Source: Felis catus (lineage: Eukaryota). Taken from it: 64,000 nt of DNA. Each line of letters begins with the position of its first letter. The first letter of the stretch is position 1. This document shows, piece after piece, positions 37,187-49,868 of this stretch. Both the position numbers and the translations under genes were made by a program. Location: contig NC_058368.1 of assembly GCF_018350175.1 (NCBI RefSeq), positions 193,132,001 through 193,196,000 of the forward strand, written 5' to 3'. The notes beneath the pieces were generated by a model. It searched no databases and was not told the origin of the DNA. It worked only from the letters and a program-made list of their open reading frames with translations.

Positions 37187-38599
37187 AGAATTGAATAGAT
37201 GGACCAACGAACAGAATGAAATATGATTGAAATTACATCCAGTTTCCCCTAGATGTCGAACTATGAAGCACTTTATAATCCGTAAACTAAACTGGTAGAG
37301 AGACTTGTAGTGTTCTTCGAGTGCAGTTGGCCCAGTTGGTGGGGCTTGGTGTAATGGCTCCATTCTCCCCTAGATGGCACTGCTTAGTTTACTGGGGTGG
37401 ATTGTCACAGTGAGTGTAGGTGTGTATGCGCATGTATGGGAGGGGTGAAAATGGTGTCCCCCAGGTACCCAGTCTCTAGTATTAGAACTCTGTGCCTTCC
37501 CCAACCAGCAATCAAGCAACCCTCCATTGTCTCCAGCTTCTGTCTATTCTCCGCTTCTACACTGTCCATGATCAAGCTGTCAGCCTGTCAGGAGGCACCT
37601 CCCTCCCAAGTTTTATCTCAGATGGGGCTGTGTTTCCAAACTCCTCACTTCTGAGGGTTCTAAAACTTTGCCTGCTCAGACCCTTGGGGGATGGTCTCCC
37701 TGAGCAACAGCTGGGTGTCAGCCCGCCCCCAGGAATGTTCATGTGATCGTGCTGCTGGCAATGCCCAGAGGCTGTAGCTGGGTGTCATCCTGCCCCAGAA
37801 ATGTTTGCACGGTTGTGTAGCAGCAGCGTTTCAGGGATTATAGTAAACCACAACACCCATCTGGTGCCAGGCTTCACCCTTAACGTCCTTGTTCCAATAC
37901 CAGCAAACGTGGCTGTTTTCCGGGGTCTGCTGGGACCTTTGCCTGTGGGGAGGCTGCACAGCCTCTACCAAATGTCCTCCCAGCAGGGAAAATGCCTCTC
38001 CCCATGTGGCCTGAGAACACCTCAGAGCTTGTTGTCTGCTCCTGGGGATTTACCCTTCCCACCAGAGCACTGCCAGGTATCGAGCTGTGGAGTTTCAGAC
38101 TCTGTGCTCCCCTGTTTATAGTGTCTTAATGGAATTTAAACTCTCTCCTTTCTCCCTTTTTTTTTGTTCAGTCCCTTGCAGTCCCTTTCTCCTTTATCCC
38201 TTTTTTGTTCATTCCACTCTTTCTTTCTCTCCAGCTGCTTTTGGAGGGAGTGTTTTTCCTGTACTCTCCCCCTGTTTCCATCCTTTTCTCTGCAAGCAAA
38301 ACCAGCTCCCTGCCCTCCTTGGTTTCTTTATCCCCCAGTTCACCTCTCTGTGCCATGCACCTGTTAATTTTTGTGGTTCAAGTTGTGCAGGTTGTTGTGT
38401 TAATCCCCAAATAACTTTTCAAGGCATGCAAGATGGTTTGGCATTGATCTAGCTGAATTTCAGGGATGAGAGAGGCAAAAAAGGGTTCCATGCTGTTCTT
38501 CCGTCTTGGCCCCTCTCAAATGAATATTATTTAATGTCAAATTATACACTTCCTAAGATCATGAACATTCCATTCTTAGGGCACTGATAGGCTAGGCTA

Positions 38600-38765
38600 A
38601 TGTGCCTCAAACATCAGACCAACTAGAATTGGAATCTTGGAATTCTTGGAATCCCTTGGAATCAGAATCTCTGGGAATGGTTGTAGAAGGTGGGCCCAGC
38701 AATCTGCATTTACCAAGTCTTCAGGCGATTCTCATGCTTACATAAATTCAGAGAAGTACTACTAG
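38600..38765. mobile_element. MER5-like fragment
   Basis: gaatcagaatctctggga...gggcccagcaatctgcatttaccaagtcttcaggcgattctcatgc...gagaagtact. Confidence 0.6.
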
Positions 38766-38799
38766 GGTATAGAGAATCCTTAAGTTTTTTCTTCTCATT

Positions 38800-41700
38800 T
38801 TTATAAAGGATTTTATGTGGAAATAGTGAAGAATTTACAGAAAACTTGCAAATATAGCATGAAGGCTTTCTGCTCTTCCCTTTATCTGATTTATTAATTA
38901 TTAAAATGACCTTATTTGCTTTATTATTCTTTGTATCCTGTCACCTCTCTGTGTCTCTCTCTCTTGTCTCTCTCTTCATCTCTCTTTGTCTCTCTCCATC
39001 TCCATCTCCATGTATATTTTCCCCCACGTTATTTGGGAATAAGTTAGATACACCATGCACCTTTATCTCTAAATACCTTTGTGTACAGTACAGTTACTAA
39101 CTTCAGGAAATTTCACATTGATATAATGTTTATCTGTGTATTGTACATATTCTAATTTTGTCAGCTGACAAATAACCATAATCCAATATAGTAATAACAA
39201 CTTTTATACCATTTTTGCCCTTCAGTATAGGGTCCATTCTGTGATCACATATTGTATTTAGTTGTCATGTCTCCTTAGCCTTTAATCTGGAGCAGTTCCT
39301 TAGTCTTTCTTTATGTTTTACATTATTGACTTTTTGAAAGAATAAAGTTGCTCTCCCTCTGTACTGGAATATTCTTTATTTTGGATTAGTCTGACATTTT
39401 CTCATGTAGATCTTCATAAAAACAGGCTATGCATTCCTGGCTGGAATACTCCATAGTTGATATTGCATCCATCCCAGGGTAGTACATCCAGAGCCACAGT
39501 GTCCATCTGCCATCCACTGGTACTGTTAATTTTGATCACCTAGTCAAAGTATTGTCTGAATTCTCCATTATATAGTTAGTATTTCCCCTTTGCAATGAGC
39601 AGACGATCTATGTGAGGGATAAGCTTTAAGAACAAGCAAATATTCTGTTCTTCAACATTAAGGGTGGATGTGCTGGGATCAGCAATGTGGAAAGGGGATG
39701 GAATTGAAGAGAAAGGAGACAGAGAAGCCAGAAAAGAGCCAGAGAAGAGAATGAGATCTGAAAACACTTAGGTCAGGGACTGGGGAATTGCTGAAACCAT
39801 GTGAATGGTTGCATTTGCTCAGATAATCCTGGGCCTAAGAGGCATCATTTCCATAGTTTATCAAGTCTATTTTGATAAATGTTTTACATGCTCTTGAAAA
39901 TAATACATATTTTTGTGGTTATTGGATATAATGTTCCATATGTGTTAATTATGACAGATCATGTTAACTTCTATATTCTTACTGATTTTTTTTTATCAGT
40001 TTATCAGTTACTGAGAAAGGTAGGTAAAATTTCCAACTATGATTGGATTTTTAGCTTTATTTTGTCAGCTATTGCTTTATCTATTTTGAAAATATATTTA
40101 ATGCACCCTCTGCAAAAAAATCTTTTGTGTCCTTATATGCAAAGTATGTGTCTTGTAAACAATATGTAATTGGGTTTTGCTTTTTTATCCAGTCTAACAA
40201 TTAATGTCTTTTAATTGGAATATTTAGTCTATTTACATTTAATTACTGAGATAGTTCTGTTTAATTATATGATATTACTATTTGTTTTCTATTTGATTTA
40301 TCTTTGTCCCTTTATTTTGGATTAATCAATTATTTTCATTATTAAATTTTTTTCTTTCCTGTTAGCTTTTTAATCGTTTTTCCTTCAGTGGTTTCCCTAG
40401 AAATTCCATTATACTTCCTGGATTTATTATAGACTCTCTAGATTAGTACTTCTATCACTTTCAAAATGATGCAGGAACTTTAAAATAGTTGAACTCCATT
40501 TACCTCTCATCTTTTATGCTATTATTGTTACAGATTTTAAGTCTACATATATTTTATTTTAATCTTTTTATTTTTATTTTATTGTATTTCTCTTTTCTTT
40601 TAAGCCAAGAATTTTACATGTATTTTTAAACACAAAAACTCCACCAATCCTCTGTTCACCCTTTTCTAATCTGCTATTGAACCTATATATCAAATTCTTA
40701 ATATAAATGTGTTTTTCAGTTCTAAAATTTTCATTTGATTTTTAAAATAGATCCTAGGTGTTTGGTAAATTTGTATATTATCTTGAACATATTAATCATA
40801 ATTAAAGTTCTTGTATGATACCTTACCACCTGAATCATCTGTGGGTCTATTTCTATTGACCCTTTACTTTTTGATGTTTAGTTATCTGGTCCTGGTCCTG
40901 CATTTTGTTTTTATTTTTTTCCTTTAGCATGCCTTATAATGTTTTCTTAAGATAATGGATATTGTGGATAAAAAAGTTGTAAAAGTTTTAGATGAAGTTA
41001 TCTTTCTCCAAAGAGGTTGAGTTTTCTCCTAACAAGCAGATAGAACACAGGTGAATCAGCTGGATGTTGTCTTAGGCTTTCTTCTGATTGGTCTATTTCA
41101 GTTTTGCCTTTAATCCTAGGGTGTGGCTCTTATTCCTAGGGTGTGACCCTTATTGTACCTTAGGATCTTTTACAAAGGCCTCTCCACCTTGTTGGGACTT
41201 GAACTGCAACCTTCATCTCTTCAGGTTCATGTGATGGCTGAAATGTTTACTTAGATTTATAAGCTTCCAGTTGCTTTTTTGCTACTGCATGTCTTGGAGT
41301 CTTTCTCTGCATAGAATGTGATCAATAATTTGAGAGGAATATATGCCTTGTTCCCAGGTTCTATTTTCTATGGGATTTTGCTCACAAGTCCCAACTGCTT
41401 TGTCAGCTCTGAATATTGACTTTTGTCTCTTCAGCTAGTTAGGCTGCCATTCTCTTCTTGGGCTCTATTCATATACACTATAATTTGGAAAATGATCTCA
41501 AACAAAAATCCAGAATAGATAGCTCCTTTGTAAAATCTCTCTAAAATCACAGGGCCTCATGTTCTGCCTGCATTGATTGTGCTACAATGGCTTCAAACAT
41601 TTTTTTTTTTTACATATTTTGTGCAGATTTCATATTGTATTTGACAAGAGAGCTGTCTGGTAGAAGGTACTCTCTCATGGTCGGGCTTTGGAAGTCTTTT
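38800..41700 (-). mobile_element. Ancient L1M (MC/MD/ME-like) remnant with both 3'-like and 5'-like ends
   Basis: 3'-type sequence at 38800-39650; reverse of the ORF2 N-terminus (gtcttgtaaacaatatgtaattgggttttgcttttttatccagtct...atttagtctatttacattta) at ~40150-40240; L1M 5'-end-like ...actctctcatggtcgggctttggaagtc at ~41690. Confidence 0.65.
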
Positions 41701-41872
41701 ATCTCAGTTTTAAGTGAAGAAATTTAAGGGTAGAGAAGTTATGTAAATTTCCCAAGGTCAAATAGCTTGTAAATGACAGATCTGGGATTTAAACCTAGGT
41801 CTTTTTGGCTCTCAAACTTATATTCTCATTCATGACCCTTACTACATCCTTAATAATAATAGCTGCCACAGT

Positions 41873-42092
41873 GGGGCGCCTGGGTGGCACAGCCGGTTAA
41901 GCGTCTGACTTCAGCCAGGTCACGATCTCGCGGTCTGGGAGTTTGAGCTCCGCGTCAGGCTCTGGGCTGATGGCTCGGAGCCTGGAGCCTGTTTCCGATT
42001 CTGTGTCTCCCTCTCTCTCTGCCCCTCCCCCGTTCATGCTCTGTCTCTCTCTGTCCCAAAAATAAATAAACGTTGAAAAAAAAATTTAAAAA
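41873..42092 (+). mobile_element. Can-SINE (SINEC_Fc type), young
   Basis: Full SINE; perfect 16-bp TSD aataatagctgccaca at 41855-41870 and 42093-42108. Confidence 0.96.
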
Positions 42093-42953
42093 AATAATAG
42101 CTGCCACATATCAAGGGCCTCTTTAGCTGCCAGGCAATGTTAGTTGATTTCCAAATAATAAATCTTTTCTTTACAAAAATATTATCAAAGTGGAGTTGTT
42201 GTCTCTGTCTTACATACGTGGAAACTGAACTCAGTTCATATCTCTTTTTATGGGTATAGAGAACATCAATAGCCACATATGGGTCTGAATCCAAAACTCT
42301 TTCGAGCTCTCAATTTCTGTGTCATCCATCACCCTCATATTAGAACATAATTGTTAGATGTATGAACTTGGTCAATCATTTTTGTAAGCACTGAAATTAT
42401 AATTTGTAAAATGTGAATACATTGTTTGGACTCTCTAATAATGTTTGGTTTGCAAGGGAGATCATGGGCAGGAAGACTTAATGTAAAGCCACATGGCATT
42501 TTGTAGACATGAGTGTTAATGGGGGAATAGTTTTCCAACTCAAGGTGTAATGTTAATTGATTTTTCTTATCTTCTGCACATGATAATTTCCTTAATTTTG
42601 ATTTTATTTGACTCAGTTTCAACATATGTGCATTCAGCAGGTACTGTTTGCCTAACACTCCAGGGGAGACAAGCAAGTGTCATTGGCTCAGCCTCTGTCT
42701 TCTGTGAGCCTAATAATCTTATTTGAGAAACAAAGATCACAGCCCTGAGATTATTATATTAGAAATGAATAGATCAAGTGCTATATGACACATAAACAAA
42801 GAGTAAAACATGTGGCACTGACGCTTTTGTTTTGAGTGTTCAGGAAATGTAGGAAGAACTTTCAGAGGTCAGACTATAGTTTGCCTGCCCAAATTAGAAT
42901 CTTTGCTCCATTGCTTACAACTATATGACCTTTGGCAAGTTACTTGCCCTTCT

Positions 42954-43390
42954 TTTCTTTTCTTTTCTTTTCTTTTCTTTTCTTTTCTTTTCTTTTCTTT
43001 TCTTATTTATTTATTTTTAATTGTAATTAATTTATTTTTTAAATTACGTCCCAGTTACCTACCATGTAGTGCAACAATGATTTCAGGAGTAGATTCCTTA
43101 ATTCCCCTTACCCATTTAGCCCATCCACCCTCCCACAACCTCTCCAGCAACCCTCTGTTCTCCGTATCTAAGAGTCTCTTATGTTTTGTCCCCCTCCCTG
43201 TTTTTATATTATTTTTGCGTCCTTTCCCTTATGCTCATCTGTTTTGTATCTTAATCATGTGAATGAAATCATATGATATTTGTGTTTCTCTGACTCATTT
43301 CACTTAGCATAATACCCTCTAGTTCCATCCACATATTTGCAAATGGCAAGATTTCATTCTTTTTGATTGCTGAGTAATACTCCATTGTGT

Positions 43391-43441
<51 letters not shown>

Positions 43442-44474
43442 CACATACCACATATCAAATCTTCTTTATCCATTCATCCATTAATGGACATTTGGGCTTT
43501 TTCCATACTTTGGCTATTATTGATAGTGCTGCTATAAACATTGGGGTGCATGTGTCCCTTCAAAACAGCACACCTGTATCCCGTGGATAAATGCCTAGTA
43601 GTGTAATTGCTGGGTCGTAGGGTAGTTCTATTTTTAATTTTTTGAGGAACCTCCATACTGTTTTCCAAAGTGGCTGCACCAGCTTGCATTCCCACCAGCA
43701 GTGCAAGAGAGGTCCTCTTTCTCCACATCCTCACCAACATCTGCTGTTGCCTGAGTTGTTAATGTTAGCCATTCTGACTGGTATAAGGTGGTATCTCATT
43801 GTGGTTTTGATTTGTATTTCCTGATGATCAGTGATGTTTGGCATTTTTTCATGTGTCAGTTGGCAATCAGGATGTCTTCTTTGGAGAAGTGTCTATTCAT
43901 GTCTTTTGCCCATTTCTTCACTGGATTATTTTTTTGGGGGGGTTGTTGAGTTTGAGAAGTTCTTTATAGATTTTGGATACTAACCCTTTATCTGATATGT
44001 CGTTTGCAAATATCTTCTCCCATTCTGTCTCCCCTTCTGGTTGGTTTTCAGTTTTGCTGATTGTTTCCTTCACTGTGCAGAAGATTTTTATTTTGATGAA
44101 GTTACAATAGTTCAATTTTGCTTTTGTTTCCCTTGCCTCTGCTCTGGTGACATGTTGAGTAAGAAGTTGCTGTGGCCAAGGTCAAAGAGATTTTTGCTTG
44201 CTTTCTCCTTGAGGATTTTGATGGCTTCCTATCTTACGTTTAGGTCTTTCATCCATTTTGAGTTTATTTTTGTGTATGGTTTAAGAAAGTGGTCCAGGTT
44301 CACTTTTCTGCATGTCGCTGTCCAGTTTTCCCAGCACCACTTGCTGAAGAAGCTGTCTTTATTCCATTGGATGTTCTTTCCTGTTTTGTCAAAGATTAGT
44401 TGGCCATACATTTCTGGGTCCATTTCTGGGTTCTCTATTCTGTTCCATTGATCTGAGTGTCTGTTTTTGTGCCA
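42954..44474 (-). mobile_element. 5'-truncated LINE-1 (lineage A), inserted in a MIR
   Basis: (TTTTC)n-derived tail, 3'UTR and ORF2 C-terminus; TSD aagttactt(g/a)cc(c/t)ttct at 42937-42953 and 44475-44491; MIR halves on both sides (gacctttggcaagttactt / aagccttgtttcccatttgtaaaatggagataata). Confidence 0.93.
43387..43438. repeat. (TG)n microsatellite within the L1 ORF2 3' end
   Basis: Direct reading. Confidence 0.95.
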
Positions 44475-44961
44475 AAGTTACTTACCTTTCTAAGCCTTGT
44501 TTCCCATTTGTAAAATGGAGATAATACTAGTATCTAATTAGCAGGATTATTGTGGAGGAATTTATCTATATCAGTGTTTAACATGGTACCTTCCTCAATA
44601 CACACTTTTTATGATTCTTAATAATTTAAAACTTATTTTAACTGTTATTGAAGAGTATTTATGGAGGATAATAGGATTTGGTTTGAAGAGGTGAAACTCT
44701 TTGTAGAAAGACAAAAGCCCATTTTCCGGAGTGCTAATGAGAAATGAGCAGGAGAAGGAATAGCTAGACACATTTATGCCCATACTTTGGAAAACAGCCT
44801 TTGGCTCCGTCCTTAAATTTGGCATCAGTTTCCAAGCTGTTTGCTAAGCCTAGTTTTTTGTTTTTTTTTTTTTAATTTTTTTTTTATATATATGAAATTT
44901 ATTGACAAATTAGTTTCCATACAACACCCAGTGCTCATCCCAAAAGGTGCCCTCCTCAATA

Positions 44962-44995
44962 CCCATCACCCACCCTCCCCTCCCTCCCACCCCCC
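44962..44995 (-). other. G-rich polypurine tract (G-quadruplex potential) in the L1 3'UTR
   Basis: Minus strand GGGGGGTGGGAGGGAGGGGAGGGTGGGTGATGGG has at least four G3 runs; such tracts are a known feature of mammalian L1 3'UTRs. Confidence 0.8.
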
Positions 44996-45108
44996 ATCAA
45001 CCCTCAGTTTGTTCTCAGTTTTTAACAGTCTCTTATGCTTTGGCTCTCTCCCACTCTAACCTCTTTTTTTTTTTTCTTCCCCTCCCCCATGGGTTCCTGT
45101 TAAGTTTC

Positions 45109-48100
45109 TCAGGATCCACATAAGAGTGAAACCATATGGTATCTGTCTTTCTCTGTATGGCTTATTTCACTTAGCATCACACTCTCCAGTTCCATCCACG
45201 TTGCTACAAAAGGCCATATTTCGTTTTTTCTCATTGCCACGTAGTACTCCATTGTGTATATAAACCACAATTTCTTTATCCATTCATCAGTTGATGGACA
45301 TTTAGGCTCTTTCCATAATTTGGCTATTGTTGAGAGTGCTGCTATGAACATTGGGGTACAAGTGGCCCTATGCATCAGTACTCCTGTATCCCTTGGATAA
45401 ATTCCTAGCAGTGCTGTTGCTGGGTCATAGGGTAGGTCTATTTTTAATTTTCTGAGGAACCTCCACACTGTTTTCCAGAGTGGCTGCACCAATTTGCATT
45501 CCCACCAACAGTGCAAGAGGGTTCCCGTTTCTCCACTCCAGCATCTATAGTCTCCTGATTTGTTCATTTTGGCCACTCTGACTGGCGTGAGGTGATACCT
45601 GAGTGTGGTTTTGATTTGTATTTCCCTGATAAGGAGCGACGCTGAACATCTTTTCATGTGCCTGTTGGCCATCCGGATGTCTTCTTTAGAGAAGTGTCTA
45701 TTCATGTTTTCTGCCCATTTCTTCAGTGGGTTATTTGTTTTTCGGGTGTGGAGTTTGGTGAGCTCTTTATAGATTTTGGATACTAGCCCTTTGTCTGATA
45801 TGTCATTTGCGAATATCTTTTCCCATTCCGTTGGTTGCCTTTTAGTTTTGTTGGTTGTTTCCTTTGCTGTGCAGAAGCTTTTTATGTTCATAAGGTCCCA
45901 GTAATTCACTTTTGCTTTTAATTCCCTTGCCTTTGGGGATGTGTCGAGTAAGAGATTGCTACAGCTGAGGTCAGAGAGGTCTTTTCCTGCTTTCTCCTCT
46001 AAGGTTTTGATGGTTTCCTGTCTCACATTCAGGTCCTTTATCCATTTTGAGTTTATTTTTGTGAATGGTGTGAGAAAGTGGTCTAGTTTCAACCTTCTGC
46101 ATGTTGCTGCCCAGTTCTCCCAGCACCATTTGTTAAAGAGGCTTTTTTCCATTGGATGTTCTTTCCTGCTTTGTCAAAGATGAGTTGGCCATATGTTTGT
46201 GGGTCTAGTTCTGGGGTTTCTATTCTATTCCATTGGTCTATGTGTCTGTTTTTGTGCCAATACCATGCTGTCTTGATGATGACAGCTTTGTAGTAGAGGC
46301 TAAAGTCTGGGATTGTGATGCCTCCTGCTTTGGTCTTCTTCTTCAAAATTCCTTTGGCTATTCGGGGCCTTTTGTGGTTCCATATGAATTTTAGGATTGC
46401 TTGTTCTAGTTTCGAGAAGAATGCTGGTGCAATTTTGATTGGGATTGCATTGAATGTGTAGATAGCTTTGGGTAGTATTGACATTTTGACAATATTTATT
46501 TTTCCAATCCATGAGCAGGGAATGTCTTTCCATTTCTTTAAATCTTCTTCAATTTCCTTCATAAGCTTTCTATAGTTTTCATCATACAGATCCTTTACAT
46601 CTTTGGTTAGATTTATTCCTAGGTATTTTATGCTTCTTGGTGCAATTGTGAATGGGATCAGTTTCTTTATTTGTCTTTCTGTTGCTTCATTGTTAGTGTA
46701 TAAGAATGCAACTGATTTCTGTACATTGATTTTGTATCCTGCAACTTTGCTGAATTCCTGTATCAGTTCTAGTAGACTTTTGGTGGAGTCTATCGGATTT
46801 TCCATGTATAATATCATGTCATCTGCAAAAAGCGAAAGCTTGACTTCATCTTTGCCAATTTTGATGCCTTTGATTTCCTTTTGTTGTCTGATTGCTGATG
46901 CTAGAACTTCCAGCACTATGTTAAACAGCAGCGGTGAGAGTGGGCATCCCTGTCTTGTTCCTGATCTCAGGGAAAAAGCTCTCAGTTTTTCCCCGTTGAG
47001 GATGATGTTAGCTGTGGGCTTTTCATAAATGGCTTTTATGATCTTTAAGTATGTTCCTTCTATCCCGACTTTCTCAAGGGTTTTTATTAAGAAAGGGTGC
47101 TGGATTTTGTCAAAGGCCTTTTCTGCATCGATTGACAGGATCATATGGTTCTTCTCTTTTTTTTTGTTAATGTGATGTATCACGTTGATTGATTTGCGAA
47201 TGTTGAACCAGCCCTGCATCCCAGGAATGAATCCCACTTGATCATGGTGAATAATTCTTTTTATATGCCGTTGAATTTGATTTGCTAGTATCTTATTGAG
47301 AATTTTTGCATCCATATTCATCAGGGATATTGGCCTGTAGTTCTCTTTTTTTACTGGGTCTCTGTCTGGTTTAGGAATCAAAGAAATACTGGCTTCATAG
47401 AAGGAGTCTGGAAGTTTTCCTTCCCTTTCTATTTCTTGGAATAGCTTGAGAAGGATAGGTATTATCTTTGCTTTAAACGTCTGGTAGAACTCCCCTGGGA
47501 AGCCATCTGGTCCTGGACTCTTATTTGTTGGGAGATTTTTGATAACCGATTCAATTTCTTCACTGGTTATGGGTCTGTTCAAGCTTTCTATTTCCTCCTG
47601 GTTGAGTTTTGGAAGAGTGTGGGTGTTCAGGAATTTGTCCATTTCTTCCAGGTTGTCCAATTTGTTGCCATATAATTTTTCACAGTATTCCCTGATAATT
47701 GTTTGTATCTCTGAGGGATTGGTTGTAATAATTCCATTTTCATTCATGATTTTATCTATTTGGGTCATCTCCCTTTTCTTTTTGAGAAGCCTGGCTAGAG
47801 GTTTGTCAATTTTGTTTATTTTTTCAAAAAACCAACTCTTGGTTTCGTTGATCTGCTCTATAGTTTTTTTAGATTCTATATTGTTTATTTCTGCTCTGAT
47901 CTTTATTATTTCTCTTCTTCTGCTGGGTTTAGGCTGCCTTTGCTGTTCTGCTTCTAGTTCCTTTAGGTGTGCTGTTAGATTTTGTATTTGGGATTTTTCT
48001 TGTTTCTTGAGATAGGCCTGGATTGCAATGTATTTTCCTCTCAGGACTGCCTTCGCTGCGTCCCAAAGCGTTTGGATTGTTGTATTTTCATTTTCGTTTG

Positions 48101-48924
48101 TTTCCATATATTTTTTAAATTTCTTCTCTAATTGCCTGGTTGACCCACTCATTCGTTAGTAGGCTGTTCTTTAACCTCCATGCTTTTGGAGGTTTTCCAG
48201 ACTTTTTTCTGTGGTTGATTTCAAGCTTCATAGCATTGTGGTCTGAAAGTATGCATGGTATAATTTCAATTCTTGTAAACTTATGAAGGGCTGTTTTGTG
48301 ACCCAGTATATGATCTATCTTGGAGAATGTTCCATGTGCACTCGAGAAGAAAGTATATTCTGTTGCTTTGGGATGTAGAGTTCTAAATATATCTGTCAAG
48401 TCCATCTGATCCAATATCTCATTCAGGGCCCTTGTTTCTTTATTGACCGTGTGTCTAGATGATCTATCCAATTCTGTAAGTGGGGTGTTAAAGTCCCCTG
48501 CAATTACCACATTCTTATCAATAAAGTTGCTTATGTTTATGAGTAATTGTTTTATATATTTGGGGGCTCTGGTATTCGGCGCATAGACATTTATAATTGT
48601 TAGCTCTTCCTGATGGATAGACCCTGTAACTATTATATAATGTCCTTCTTCATCTCTTGTTACAGACTTTAATTTAAAGTCTAGTTTGTCTGATATAAGT
48701 ATGGCTACTCCAGCTTTCTTTTGGCTTCCAGTCTCATGATAAATAGTTCTCCATCCCCTCACTCTCAATCTAAAGGTGTCCTCAGGTCTAAAATGAGTCT
48801 CTTGTAGACAGCAAATAGATGGGTCTTGTTTTTTTATCCATTCTGATACCCTATGTCTTTTGGTTGGCGCATTTAATCCATTTACATTCAGTGTTATTAT
48901 AGAAAGATACGGGTTTAGAGTCAT
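45109..48924 (-). pseudogene. LINE-1 ORF2, nearly intact (two frameshifts)
   Basis: ATG at 48924 (MTLNPYLSIITLNVNGLN); three ORF segments tile 3816 bp; EN motifs (LQETH, GDFN, SDHN) and RT motifs ([13 protein letters not shown]) are intact; +1 at ~48115 and -4 at ~46140 relative to the paralog at 55.6-61.5 kb. Confidence 0.96.
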
Positions 48925-48974
48925 TGTGATGTCTGTATGTTTTATGCTTGTAGTGATGTCTCTGGGACTTTGTC

Positions 48975-49868
48975 TCACAGGGTCTCCCTTAGGATCTCTT
49001 GTAGGGCTGGTTTAGTGGTGAAAAATTCCTTCAGTTTTTGTTTGTTTGGGAAGACCTTTATCTCTCCTTCTATTCTAAATGACAGACTTGCTGGATAAAG
49101 GATTCTTGGCTGCATATTTTTTCTGTCTAGCACCCTGAAAATCTCGTGCCAATTCTTTCTGGCCTGCCAGGTTTCAAAAGAGAGATCAGTCACGAGTCTT
49201 ATAGGTCTCCCTTTATATGTGAGGGCACGTTTACCCCTTGCTGCTTTCAGAATTTTCTCTTTATCCTTGTATTTTGCCAGTTTCACTATGATGTCATGCA
49301 GAAGATCGATTCAAGTTACGTCTGAAGGGAGTTCTCTGTGCCTCTTGGATTTCAGTGCCTTTTTCCTTCCCCAGTTCAGGGAAGTTCTCAGCTATTATTT
49401 CTTCAAGTACCCCTTCAGCACCTTTCCCTCTCTCTTCCTCCTCTGGGATACCAATTATGCGTATATTATTTCTTTTTAGTGTATCACTTAGTTCTCTAAT
49501 TTTCCCCTCATACTCCTGGATTTTTTTTTATCTCTCTTTTTCTCAGCTTCCTCTTTTTCCACAACTTTATCTTCTAGTTCACCTATTCTCTCCTCTGCCT
49601 CTTCAAGCCGAGCTGTGGTGGTTTCCATTTTGTTATGCATTTCGTTTAAAGCATTTTTCAGCTCCTCGTGACTGTTCCTTAGTCCCTTGATCTCTGTAGC
49701 AAGAGATTCTCTGCTGTCCTGTATACTGTTTTCAAGCCCAGCGATTAATTTTATGACTATTATTCTAAATTCACTTTCTGTTATATTATTTAAATCCTTT
49801 TTGATCATCTCATTAGCTGTTGTTATTTCCTGGAGATTCTTCTGAGGGGAATTCTTCCGCTTGGTCAT
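48975..49868 (-). pseudogene. LINE-1 ORF1 with two frameshifts
   Basis: ATG at 49868 (MTKRKNSPQKNLQE), coiled-coil region, C-terminus KNMQPRILYPASLSFRIEGEIK...LRETL*; +2 at 49521-49529 and -2 at ~49290. Confidence 0.95.

Larger units (their letters stand above)
31401..38518 (-). mobile_element. Full-length LINE-1, older carnivore lineage A (~7.1 kb, long 5'UTR), decayed
   Basis: T-rich tail, 3'UTR, ORF2 and ORF1 fragments in the ORF track, 5' end ...ccgtcttggcccctctc; TSD aatgaat(g/a)ttattt at 31387-31400 and 38519-38532; TT/AAAT site on the minus strand. Confidence 0.95.

Noticed and set aside
46603..48015. Plus-strand hydrophobic ORFs of 141-158 aa, with similar ORFs in the other L1 copies
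   Set aside because: Antisense shadows of the A-rich L1 ORF2; they recur only because the L1s are homologous.
46089..48152. 687-aa reverse transcriptase ORF as a novel or domesticated RT gene
   Set aside because: It is the middle segment of a standard LINE-1 ORF2 bounded by two frameshifts within a TSD-flanked element.
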